Shown: piece by piece, positions 19,111 to 27,933 of the stretch | Position numbering within the stretch: position 1 is the stretch's first letter | How the letters are laid out: each line of letters begins with the position of its first letter | Source: Alphaproteobacteria bacterium | GTDB taxonomy: Bacteria; Pseudomonadota; Alphaproteobacteria; JAXMDU01 | Length of the DNA: 64,000 nt | Assembly: GCA_046348645.1 (NCBI GenBank) | Contig: JAXMDU010000007.1 | Coordinates: 6,727 to 70,726, forward strand | Direction of reading: 5' to 3' | Notes under the pieces: generated by a model | Told to the model about the DNA's origin: nothing | Seen by the model: the letters and a program-made list of their open reading frames with translations, nothing else | Databases searched by the model: none | Program-made: the position numbers and the translations under genes

Positions 19111-20613
19111 ATGGACATCTTCTCAAATCTCGTTCTCGGGCTGGGCGTGGCGTTCTCGCCCATGAACCTGCTTTACGCCCTGATCGGCTGCGTGCTTGGC
19201 ACGGCGATCGGGGTCCTGCCGGGCATCGGCCCCCTGGCAACGGTGGCGATGCTGCTTCCCATCACCTTCACGATGGAGCCGGTCACCTCGCTCATCATGA
19301 TTGCCGGCATTTATTACGGCGCGCAGTATGGCGGTTCCACAACCGCGATTCTGATCAACCTGCCAGGCGAATCATCGTCGGTCGTAACGGCTATCGATGG
19401 CTATCAGCTGGCAAGGCAAGGCCGGTCGGGGGCGGCGCTGGGGATTGCCGCGATCGGCTCTTTCGCCGCGGGAACCATCGCGACCTGCGTCATTGCCATC
19501 CTGGCCGTTCCTTTGACCGCGGTCGCCCTGCAGTTCGGCGCCCCAGAGTATTTTTCCCTGATGGTGCTGGGGCTGATCCTGTCGGTCACGCTGGCACACG
19601 GTTCGATCCTGAAGGCCCTGGGCATGATTCTGCTTGGCATTCTGCTTGGCCTGGTTGGGACCGATACCAATTCCGGCTCGCTCCGCTACACGCTGGGGTC
19701 CTTGGAACTGGTCGACGGGTTCGATCTGGTCGCCAGTGCCGTCGGCATGTTCGGCATATCCGAGATTATTCGGAACCTGGCGTCGGAATCGACCCGGGAT
19801 GTGCATCTGACGCGCACGGGCAGCACCTTGCCGACCAGGGATGACCTGAAGGCATCGGCCCTTCCGATCCTGCGCGGCACGCTGTTCGGATCGATCTTGG
19901 GCGTGCTGCCCGGCGGCGGGGCCCTGTTGTCGTCATTTGCGTCTTATGCCATCGAAAAGAGGCTTGCCAAGGACCCGTCGCGTTTTGGCCGTGGCGCGAT
20001 CGAGGGGGTCGCAGGGCCTGAAGCGGCAAACAACGCCGGGGCCCAGACGTCGTTCATTCCCATGCTGACCCTGGGCCTGCCGTCGAACGGCATGATGGCC
20101 CTGATCGCGGGGGCGATGATCATTCAGGGTATCGTTCCCGGTCCAAACGTGATGACGGACAAGCCCGACCTGTTCTGGGGGCTGATCGCGTCGATGTGGA
20201 TTGGCAATGCGATGCTGCTTGTCCTTAACTTGCCGCTGCTGGGAGTCTGGGTCAGGCTGCTGTCTGTCCCGTATCATGTTCTGTTTCCGGCGGTCATTGT
20301 CTTTTCGATGATCGGCGTGTTCTCGATCGCCAACAGCCCGTTTCATCTCTATACCCTCGTCTTTTTCAGCGCGCTTGGATTTGTGTTTTACAAGCTCGAC
20401 TGCGAGCCGGCGCCGCTGCTCCTGGGATTCATTCTGGGCCCGATGCTTGAGCAGTATTTCCGCCGCTCGATGGTTCTGTCGCGCGGCGATCCGACCATCT
20501 TCCTGACCCACCCCATAAGCCTGGCGCTGCTGGTGGTGGCGGTTCTCATGCTGGTGGCGATCGCCGTGCCGGGGGTGGCGCGAAAACGGCGCGAGGTCTT
20601 CGTCGAGGACTAG
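19111..20613 (+). CDS. tctA: Tripartite tricarboxylate transporter large permease TctA
   Basis: 500-aa polytopic membrane protein with TctA-family conserved blocks (GVLPGIGP...AQYGGSTTAILIN...GLPSNGMMALIAGAMI). Confidence 0.9.
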   Translation: MDIFSNLVLGLGVAFSPMNLLYALIGCVLGTAIGVLPGIGPLATVAMLLPITFTMEPVTSLIMIAGIYYGAQYGGSTTAILINLPGESSSVVTAIDGYQLARQGRSGAALGIAAIGSFAAGTIATCVIAILAVPLTAVALQFGAPEYFSLMVLGLILSVTLAHGSILKALGMILLGILLGLVGTDTNSGSLRYTLGSLELVDGFDLVASAVGMFGISEIIRNLASESTRDVHLTRTGSTLPTRDDLKASALPILRGTLFGSILGVLPGGGALLSSFASYAIEKRLAKDPSRFGRGAIEGVAGPEAANNAGAQTSFIPMLTLGLPSNGMMALIAGAMIIQGIVPGPNVMTDKPDLFWGLIASMWIGNAMLLVLNLPLLGVWVRLLSVPYHVLFPAVIVFSMIGVFSIANSPFHLYTLVFFSALGFVFYKLDCEPAPLLLGFILGPMLEQYFRRSMVLSRGDPTIFLTHPISLALLVVAVLMLVAIAVPGVARKRREVFVED

Positions 20614-20661
20614 GTCGAGTTGCGGCCGAACCGAGCGGAATGGCATGCGAGGGCAGAGGGC

Positions 20662-21843
20662 ATGGAGAAGCGAACACTGCGTGGCCGGGCGGCCATCGTC
20701 GGAATCGGGGAAAGCCGGTATTATCGGCACGGGAAATCCCCCGAACCCGAATTCAAGCTTGCGCTGCGGGCCATTCTTGCCGCCTGCGAGGATGCCGGCA
20801 TCAACCCGCGTGATATCGACGGCTTTTCGGCCCACGCCAACGATCGGAACGAGGCGACGCGTCTGGCGACGGCGCTGGGCATCAAGGAGTTTCGCTTCGC
20901 CGGCATGCAGTGGGGCGGGGGTGGCGGAGGGGCTTGCGCCGGTGTCGCGAATGCCGCCGCCGCCGTGGCGACCGGCATGGCCGATTGCGTGGTTGCATTC
21001 CGCGCGCTGGCCCAGGGCGAATTCGGCCGCCTTGGGCGCGCGACCTATGGCGAAAGCATCTCGGGGGAACGGTCGTTCTTTGTCCCCTATGGGATGATCT
21101 CGGCCGTGCAGCGCTATTCGCCAAAGGTCATGCGGTTCATGGTCGAGCATGGCATCCAGCAGGACTGTCTGCGGGCCATCGCGCTTGCCAGTTATCACCA
21201 TGCCCAGACCAATCCGCGGGCCGTGATGTATGGCCGCCCGCTTGACGCGGCAAAATATGATGCGTCGCGCTGGATCGCCGAGCCGCATCACCTTTACGAC
21301 TGTTGCCAGGAAAACGACGGTGCGGCGGCGGCCATCATCGTGGGGGCCGAACGCGCCAAGGATTTCCGGCAGAAGCCGGCCTACATTCTGGGTGCCGCAG
21401 CGGGCGGCCAGTACCGGGCCGGCGCCACGGCCGGCAATACGCCGGATTTCGCCAGTGCCCATTTCCAGACCCTGGCCCCCCACGCCTATCGCATGGCGGG
21501 CGTCGGGCCACAGGATGTCGACGTGGTGCAATGCTACGAGAATTTCACCGGCGGCGTGCTGATGGCGCTTCTGGAACACGGGCTTTTTACCGTTGCCGAG
21601 GCATCGGAGGTCCTGCAGCTTCCCAACCTGATCGCCCCGTCCGGGCGCTTGCCGCTCAATACCAGTGGCGGGAACCTTGCCGAATGCTACGTGCACGGCT
21701 TTGAACTGAACAACGAAGCCGTGCGGCAGATCCGTGGTCAGTCCACCAATCAGGTGCCGGGCGCCGACGTTGCCCTTGTGATCGGTGGACCCATGGTTAC
21801 TCCGGCAAGCAATGCGATCTATGGTTCGGAGGCGACCCTATGA
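20662..21843 (+). CDS. SCP-x/lipid-transfer-type thiolase family protein
   Basis: About 393 aa of thiolase fold. Nucleophile Cys is in a Gly-rich loop (GGGGGGACAGVANAAAAV) and the C-terminal catalytic region is NTSGGNLAECYVHGFE. 4-bp overlap with the downstream DUF35 gene. Start uncertain (ATG 20662, or TTG 20620). Confidence 0.8.
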   Translation: MEKRTLRGRAAIVGIGESRYYRHGKSPEPEFKLALRAILAACEDAGINPRDIDGFSAHANDRNEATRLATALGIKEFRFAGMQWGGGGGGACAGVANAAAAVATGMADCVVAFRALAQGEFGRLGRATYGESISGERSFFVPYGMISAVQRYSPKVMRFMVEHGIQQDCLRAIALASYHHAQTNPRAVMYGRPLDAAKYDASRWIAEPHHLYDCCQENDGAAAAIIVGAERAKDFRQKPAYILGAAAGGQYRAGATAGNTPDFASAHFQTLAPHAYRMAGVGPQDVDVVQCYENFTGGVLMALLEHGLFTVAEASEVLQLPNLIAPSGRLPLNTSGGNLAECYVHGFELNNEAVRQIRGQSTNQVPGADVALVIGGPMVTPASNAIYGSEATL

Positions 21844-22295
21844 CGGCCCAGCAACATTATCTGCCGGAAGGCTTGGCGATCCCGGTCCCGGAACCGGATG
21901 GGCTGAGCCGGCCATACTGGGAAGGCCTGCGGGCCAACCGGCTGCTGGTCCAACGTTGCCAGGGCTGCAAGACATGGCAATGGGGCCCCGAATGGATTTG
22001 CCATTCCTGCCATTCATTCGACATGGGCTGGGTGGACATCGAGGCTGCCGGAACGATCCACGCCTGGACCCGCGCCTGGCATCCAAGCCATGCGGTGCTG
22101 AAAGACCATACGCCCTATATCCTGGTCATCGTCACGCTGCCTCGTGCGGGCAATATTCGCATGGTCGGGAACCTGCTTGGTGATCCGCGCCAGGACGTCA
22201 AACTGGATGCCGCGGTCGAGGGCGTGTTCGAGCACCATGCGACGGCCAGGCCTGCCTACAGCCTGTTGCAATGGAAGTGCCGGGCGGACCGCTAG
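21840..22295 (+). CDS. DUF35 OB-fold/Zn-ribbon protein (thiolase partner)
   Basis: 151 aa with rubredoxin-like Cys pairs (CQGCKTWQW...CHSCHS) followed by an OB fold. The pairing with an SCP-x thiolase is the established thiolase-DUF35 arrangement. Confidence 0.8.
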   Translation: MTAQQHYLPEGLAIPVPEPDGLSRPYWEGLRANRLLVQRCQGCKTWQWGPEWICHSCHSFDMGWVDIEAAGTIHAWTRAWHPSHAVLKDHTPYILVIVTLPRAGNIRMVGNLLGDPRQDVKLDAAVEGVFEHHATARPAYSLLQWKCRADR

Positions 22296-22302
22296 GCCAA
22301 AG

Positions 22303-22336
22303 AAAAAAGGCTTCAGCCGCCGGCTGAAGCCTTTTT
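22303..22336. terminator. Bidirectional intrinsic terminator shared by convergent operons
   Basis: AAAAAA - GGCTTCAGCCG c CGGCTGAAGCC - TTTTT. A perfect 11-bp GC-rich stem flanked by A- and T-runs, between the DUF35 stop (22295) and the tctC stop (22358). Confidence 0.85.
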
Positions 22337-22357
22337 CGCAGGTCTGATGGGCGTTTC

Positions 22358-23326
22358 CTACATCTTGGGGATCTTCGCAACCTCGATCAGGTTCTTGAGC
22401 GCATCCATTTCCTCGTCGATCGAGCGCTGCATATCGGCCTTGGTGCCGCCGATGGCGATCATTTTCTGTTCATCGAGGAACTTTTTCACCTCGGCGGATG
22501 CAAGGGCGGTTTCCGCTTCCTTGGTCCAGCGATCGGCAATATCCTGCGGCGTTCCCTTGGGCAGGGCGAAGCCAAGCCAGAGCTTGTAGCTCAGATTGAC
22601 ATTCTGCTCCTTGGCGGTGGGGATGTCAGGAAGGCCGGGGCTGCGCGTATCGCGCAGCAGGGCGACCCCCCGCCAGGTTCCCGCCGTCACGCCGGCCGGC
22701 AGGGTCGCGGCGGTCACGAATGTCAGGTCGATTTCGCCGCGATGCAGGGCCTGGATCATTTCAGCCGAAGTCTTGTACGTCACTTGGGTGAACTTCACCC
22801 CCGTGACGTATTGGAACATCTCGCTGATGATGTGCGGCGATGTGAACGATCCCGGATCGCCGATGTTGAGCTTGCCGGGATTGGCCTTCGCATAGGCGAC
22901 AAGCTCGGGCAGCGTCTTGACCGGCGTCTTGGTACTGACCAGGACGGTTTCCTGGGCATCGACGCCCTGGTGAACCAGGAGAAAGTCCTGCGGCCACCGG
23001 TATTGAACTTCATTGGATGTCAGGTGGTGGCTGACATAGCCGTTTGAGATCAGGCCGATGGTGTAGCCATCGGGTGCCGCGCGGACCAGTGTCCGCGTGC
23101 CGATGATGCCGGCAGCGCCGGGCAGGTTCTCGACAACGATGGGTTGCCCCATCTGCTTTTCCATTTGCCGTGCCATGACGCGGGCATAGGCGTCGGTCGG
23201 GCTGCCTGGGCCAAGCGGGATCGTCATCCTGATCTGCTTGGTCGGGAAGGTATCAGCCTGTGCCAGGGGCACCGCGACGGCGAGCGTTATCGCCACCGCC
23301 ATTACGATCCCAGTCACTCTCGACAT
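22358..23326 (-). CDS. tctC: Tripartite tricarboxylate transporter substrate-binding protein TctC (Bug family)
   Basis: 322 aa with a signal peptide (MSRVTGIVMAVAITLAVAVPLAQA) and Bug/TctC-family blocks (...PGAAGIIGTRTLVRAAPDGYTIG...). Confidence 0.85.
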   Translation of the reverse strand: MSRVTGIVMAVAITLAVAVPLAQADTFPTKQIRMTIPLGPGSPTDAYARVMARQMEKQMGQPIVVENLPGAAGIIGTRTLVRAAPDGYTIGLISNGYVSHHLTSNEVQYRWPQDFLLVHQGVDAQETVLVSTKTPVKTLPELVAYAKANPGKLNIGDPGSFTSPHIISEMFQYVTGVKFTQVTYKTSAEMIQALHRGEIDLTFVTAATLPAGVTAGTWRGVALLRDTRSPGLPDIPTAKEQNVNLSYKLWLGFALPKGTPQDIADRWTKEAETALASAEVKKFLDEQKMIAIGGTKADMQRSIDEEMDALKNLIEVAKIPKM

Positions 23327-23508
23327 CCATTCCTCCTTGATTGCGGGTTCGTTACAGGGGCCGCCTGTTCAACAGCTAGCCTATCGACCATGACCCTGAG
23401 TAGGTGGTCTGTCCGTCAACCGATGTGCATTTATTGGCATTGCCGAGGCCGGGCCGGATTCTGTTTCGTCAGCGGTGATCGGCTCTCTCATCACGAGGTG
23501 CGTTTCCG

Positions 23509-25653
23509 GTGCCACACGACGTCAAGACCGCCACGGGCGACGCCCCGCCAGATGTGAAAAAGCGGTCGCTTTCGGCGATGTTCTTTCCCCGCTCGATCGC
23601 CCTGATGGGCGCGACGCCCAACAAGGAAACCTTCGCCGGAAGGCTTCTCGCCAACCTGCGGTCCAACGGCTATCGCGGCAAGCTGTTTCTGGTGAATCCC
23701 AAGTATTCCGAGATCGATGGCTTGGCTTGCCACCCGTCGATTGCGGCGTTGCCGGGCGGCGAGGTGCCAGATGCGGCCATGATTCTGACCGAGGGCGGGG
23801 CGGCCCTTCGTCTGCTCCAGGATTGCGAAACGGCCGGCGTCGCGGCGGCAACGATCTTTGCGGCAGGCTTTGGCGAGGCGCAGGCCGGCGGCGAGGACCG
23901 GGTCGCCGAGATCAAGCGGATCACTGATCGCGGCAGGATCCGCCTGTGCGGGCCGAATACGATCGGCCTTGCCAACTATCATACCGGGGCAATCATGCTG
24001 GCGGCGGGCAACATACCGCCGTCGCTCAAGCCCGGTTCTCTGGGTGTCGTTTCACAGAGCGGTGGCGTCGGATATACCGTTCTGAACAAGGCCTACGCCC
24101 GCCATCTGCCAACCGGCCTGATGGTGGTGACCGGCAATGCCATCGACGTCGATATTGCCGAATATGTGACCTATTTTGCCCAGCTGGACGAGATTTCGAC
24201 GATCGCCGTCTATTTCGAGGCGGTTCCGCGCATCCGGCCGTTGGCCGAGGCCTTCGGCGAAGCCGTACGCCGCGGCAAGACGGTCGTCGCCTATCGTGCC
24301 GGCCGTTCGGAGGCGGGCTCACGAATGGCGGCCAGTCACACGGGTGTGCTGACCCAGGGCGCCGCCGTCATCGACGAGCTGCTGGCATCGACCGGCGCCA
24401 TCATGCACGCCTCGCTCGAGGACATGTTCGAGACGGCCTATGCGGCGGTGACGGTCGGACGCCCGTCCGGCCGCGGGGTTGCCATCACCAGTGTTTCGGG
24501 TGGATGCAATGTTCAGGCGGCCGACAAGGCCATCGAATACGGGCTTGACGTGGCGCCGATCGGCGAGGCGACCGTCAAGCTGCTGCAGAACCGCTATCCC
24601 TTCGCAACGGCGCAAAATCCCTACGATCCAACCGGCTTATGGCGCAGGGCCCAGCACCATCTGCATGACTGTATCGCCGCCCTGGCCGACGATCCGGCCA
24701 TCGCCACAGCGGTCTATGTTGCCGCGTCCAACCATGCCGCCTATTCGGCGGGAATGGTGGATTCGATCATCGCTGCCAGCAAGATTGCCAGGAAGCCGGT
24801 GGTCGCGGCCTATCTGACGGCCGGAAAGCTGACGCTGCCGTTCGAGGATCACCTGAAAAGCAACGGCGTCCCGGTCTTCGAGTCGCTGGATGGCTGCATG
24901 GGGGCGCTCGGCCGGCTTGCCGCAACCGGTTCCAGGCCACCCTGGGAGCCGGCCCCCAGGCGCCCCGAAGCATTGCCGCATGACCGGCTTGATCGGTTCC
25001 AGGCCATTTGCCAGACCACAAGGCCTGGTCCGCAGAACGAGCACCTGAGCAAGCGCCTTCTGGCCGCCTATGGGATCGATGTGGTCGAAGAGGTGCTGGC
25101 CGGCAGCCCCGCCGAGGCAATCGCCGCTGCCGCTCGGCTGGGCTACCCGGTCGTGATGAAGAAGGTCGCCGAAGGCCTGATCCACAAGACCGAGGTTGGT
25201 GGTGTCAGGCTCAACATCGGTGATGCCGATGCGGTTCGCGCCTGCTTCGGCGATTTTACGCGTGATGGGTCGACTACGGTCCTGATCCAGCCGCAGGTTC
25301 AAAATGGCGTTGAAATGATCGTCGGGGGACGGCGCGACGCGCAGCTGGGACCGATCGTCATGCTTGGTGCCGGCGGCATCCTGACCGAGCTGATGGGCGA
25401 GGTCGTCTGCCGCATGGCGCCGGTCACGGCGCGCGACGCGCAGGCGATGCTGGCTGGCCTGCGCGCGGCCAGGCTGCTTGGCGGCTTTCGCGGCGGCGCC
25501 GCATTGGCCGCGCCGCGCCTGCTTGAGACGGTCGTGGGGCTAAGCTGGATGCTGGCTGAAAACCCCGACATTACGGAAGTGGATATCAACCCGGTCGTGG
25601 TGACGAAGACCAGGGCCGTCGCGGTCGATGCTTCGATCATCTTTGGCCCCTGA
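23509..25653 (+). CDS. NDP-forming acyl-CoA synthetase (fused CoA-binding/succinyl-CoA-synthetase-like + ATP-grasp domains)
   Basis: 714 aa. N-terminal CoA-binding Rossmann (FFPRSIALMGATPNKETFAGRLL), a central SCS-alpha-like ligase domain and a C-terminal ATP-grasp. GTG start at 23509 with a GAGGTG RBS; alternative ATG at 23578. Confidence 0.8.
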   Translation: MPHDVKTATGDAPPDVKKRSLSAMFFPRSIALMGATPNKETFAGRLLANLRSNGYRGKLFLVNPKYSEIDGLACHPSIAALPGGEVPDAAMILTEGGAALRLLQDCETAGVAAATIFAAGFGEAQAGGEDRVAEIKRITDRGRIRLCGPNTIGLANYHTGAIMLAAGNIPPSLKPGSLGVVSQSGGVGYTVLNKAYARHLPTGLMVVTGNAIDVDIAEYVTYFAQLDEISTIAVYFEAVPRIRPLAEAFGEAVRRGKTVVAYRAGRSEAGSRMAASHTGVLTQGAAVIDELLASTGAIMHASLEDMFETAYAAVTVGRPSGRGVAITSVSGGCNVQAADKAIEYGLDVAPIGEATVKLLQNRYPFATAQNPYDPTGLWRRAQHHLHDCIAALADDPAIATAVYVAASNHAAYSAGMVDSIIAASKIARKPVVAAYLTAGKLTLPFEDHLKSNGVPVFESLDGCMGALGRLAATGSRPPWEPAPRRPEALPHDRLDRFQAICQTTRPGPQNEHLSKRLLAAYGIDVVEEVLAGSPAEAIAAAARLGYPVVMKKVAEGLIHKTEVGGVRLNIGDADAVRACFGDFTRDGSTTVLIQPQVQNGVEMIVGGRRDAQLGPIVMLGAGGILTELMGEVVCRMAPVTARDAQAMLAGLRAARLLGGFRGGAALAAPRLLETVVGLSWMLAENPDITEVDINPVVVTKTRAVAVDASIIFGP

Positions 25654-25756
25654 GAATAGGGTGGAAGGCCGAAATGCCTGTCGCACGCCTGATGCTGCAT
25701 CGTGAACGACCGGCCTTGCAGCGCTTGTCCCGATCACAAGTCGTATAGGTTCCAAA

Positions 25757-26911
25757 ATGCTTTATCCCTTTTCAGAAGAACAGAAGATCCTGCGCGATAC
25801 GATCCGCTCGTTTGTCAGGAAATCGGTCGATCCGGCAAAGGTCATGGCCTATGACCACGCCCGCAAGCCCTTGCTCGACGAATACCGGGCCATCGCCAAG
25901 AACGGCTGGCTGTGCATTGGCGGTTCGCCTCAGTTCGGCGGCATCGGCAGCTTTGTCGACGTGGTGATCCTGCTCGAAGAGGTCTCAAAGGGCTCGCATG
26001 CCCTGTCATGCGTGGTCGGCCGCACCGTTTCCTATGCCTGCCCGACCATCGATCAATGGGGCTCGCCTCGCCTGAAAGAGAAATACATTCCCGGCTTGAT
26101 GGCCGGCGATGTGATCCTGTCGGTTGCGATGACCGAGCCATCGACGGGCTCGGATGCTGCCGGCATTACGACCAAGGCCGAAAAGGCCCCCGGTGGGTAC
26201 CGCATCAATGGCGAGAAGATCTATTCAAGCGGCGCCGAATTCGCCGATATCTTCCTGGTTTCGACCCGGACCGGCGCCCCGTCCGAAAAGGGCGGCGTGA
26301 CAACCTTGATCGTCGACCGCAATTCGCCAGGCATTACGGTCACCCCGATCGACGCCCTGGGCCATCATTCGAATGCCTTCGGTGCCGTGCACTTCGACAA
26401 CGTCCTTGTTCCAGAAGAGAACATTCTTGGCCGGTTTAATGGCGGGTGGTCCGTTCTCAACGCACATCTGGAGCGCGAGCGTATCAACATCGCCGCCAAG
26501 GCCCTGGGGGGCATGGCGGCCTCGCTGAAAGAGGCAACCGATTTCGCCAATGCGCGCGTTCAATTCGGCAAGCCGATCGCCACCTTCCAGGCGATCCGGC
26601 ACAAGCTTGCCGACATGGCAACCGACCTTCATCTGTCACGATTGATTACCTATGATGCCGCGGCCAAGTATTCGAGTGGCAAAAAGTGCCGGTTCGAGGC
26701 CTTTTCGGCCAAGGTCTTCGCCACCGAGGCGTATATCCGGGTGGCGAATCACGGGCTTCAGATCATGGGGGCCCATGGCTATACGGCACGCGGGCACGCC
26801 GAGCGCCACGTCCGTGACTCGCGGGCGGGCCCGATCGGCGGCGGGACGTCAGAAATCATGCGCAACAGCATCGGCAAGATGGTGGCCGAGGAAAGCTGGT
26901 TCCAAGAGTGA
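25757..26911 (+). CDS. Acyl-CoA dehydrogenase
   Basis: 384 aa. N-terminal, middle and C-terminal ACAD domains with a conserved C-terminal catalytic region (...GAHGYTARGHAERHVRDSRAGPIGGGTSEIMRN...). Confidence 0.9.
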   Translation: MLYPFSEEQKILRDTIRSFVRKSVDPAKVMAYDHARKPLLDEYRAIAKNGWLCIGGSPQFGGIGSFVDVVILLEEVSKGSHALSCVVGRTVSYACPTIDQWGSPRLKEKYIPGLMAGDVILSVAMTEPSTGSDAAGITTKAEKAPGGYRINGEKIYSSGAEFADIFLVSTRTGAPSEKGGVTTLIVDRNSPGITVTPIDALGHHSNAFGAVHFDNVLVPEENILGRFNGGWSVLNAHLERERINIAAKALGGMAASLKEATDFANARVQFGKPIATFQAIRHKLADMATDLHLSRLITYDAAAKYSSGKKCRFEAFSAKVFATEAYIRVANHGLQIMGAHGYTARGHAERHVRDSRAGPIGGGTSEIMRNSIGKMVAEESWFQE

Positions 26912-27018
26912 GCGGACATTCGCTGCGCCATGGATTGCCGGCCCGGCGCCGGGCTGGCTTGCTTGATACGTATATTCATCTGTACCAGCGTCTGAAACCC
27001 AACGGTCGGGAGGACCAA

Positions 27019-27801
27019 ATGCAGTTTTCGCTGCTTGACTACGTGGTTCAAGATCATGTGGCAGAGATCACGATGCGTCGTGGCCCTGTCAACGCCATCA
27101 ATCATGATCTGATCGATGAAATACTCGAGGCCTATCGCACGGCCCGCCGGGACCCCGAGGTCCGGGCGATCATTCTGACCAGTGCCTTTCCGAAGGTATT
27201 TTCCGGCGGCCTTGACGTGAACATGATGCAGGGCAAGACCGGTCTCGATCTCCATCGCTTTCTGGAAAAGCTGTATTTCGAGATGCACGACCTGCAATAC
27301 AGAATGGGCAAGCCGACGATTGCCGCGGTGACCGGGTCGGCCCGCGAAGCCGGCATCACCCTGGCCGTGGCCTGCGATATCATCATCGCAAGCGAGAAGG
27401 CGGATTTCGCGTATACGGCAATCAACGTCGGCATCGTGCCGGCCATGCATACCGTGCATCTTCCGCGCCAGATTGGCAGGCACAAGGCGTTTGAATATCT
27501 CTTTACAGGGAAGGTCTTCTCGGCATCCGATGCCGAGCGATTTGGAATGATCAATCGCGTCGTTCCCCAGGACAAGGTGAAGGAAGAAGCGCGTGCGCTG
27601 GCCAGGGAATTCGCGTCCAAGTCACCGGTGGTGATGCAGCTTGCCCGCGATGCGTTCATGCGCGCCAATGACACGGACTATCGCAGGTCGATCGAGAACA
27701 GCGTCGAGAGCCTGTCGCTGATTTTCGGGACCCCCGATGCCCAGGAGGGGTTCAAGGCCTATTTCGAAAAGCGGCCGCCAAAGTGGTCGCCGCGGCGCTG
27801 A
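27019..27801 (+). CDS. Enoyl-CoA hydratase/isomerase (crotonase family)
   Basis: About 260 aa from the ATG after a GGGAGG RBS. Crotonase-fold blocks (AIILTSAFPKVFSGGLDV...AVTGSAREAGITLAVACD). The ORF extends upstream to 26908. Confidence 0.85.
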   Translation: MQFSLLDYVVQDHVAEITMRRGPVNAINHDLIDEILEAYRTARRDPEVRAIILTSAFPKVFSGGLDVNMMQGKTGLDLHRFLEKLYFEMHDLQYRMGKPTIAAVTGSAREAGITLAVACDIIIASEKADFAYTAINVGIVPAMHTVHLPRQIGRHKAFEYLFTGKVFSASDAERFGMINRVVPQDKVKEEARALAREFASKSPVVMQLARDAFMRANDTDYRRSIENSVESLSLIFGTPDAQEGFKAYFEKRPPKWSPRR

Positions 27802-27933
27802 CACGCGCACGCCACCGGTACGCCCGAGGCGGCAGATCGAAGAAACAAGGCGGCGCCAGTGGCGCCGCTTGTCTGGCGATCCAATGCGTTACGCCGTTAC
27901 CGCAATGGCCCGGACGCTATGATGCTGCTTGCC

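Noticed and set aside
19933-21696. 587-aa minus-strand ORF
   Set aside because: Antisense across tctA and the thiolase. Arg/His/Gly-rich low-complexity sequence.
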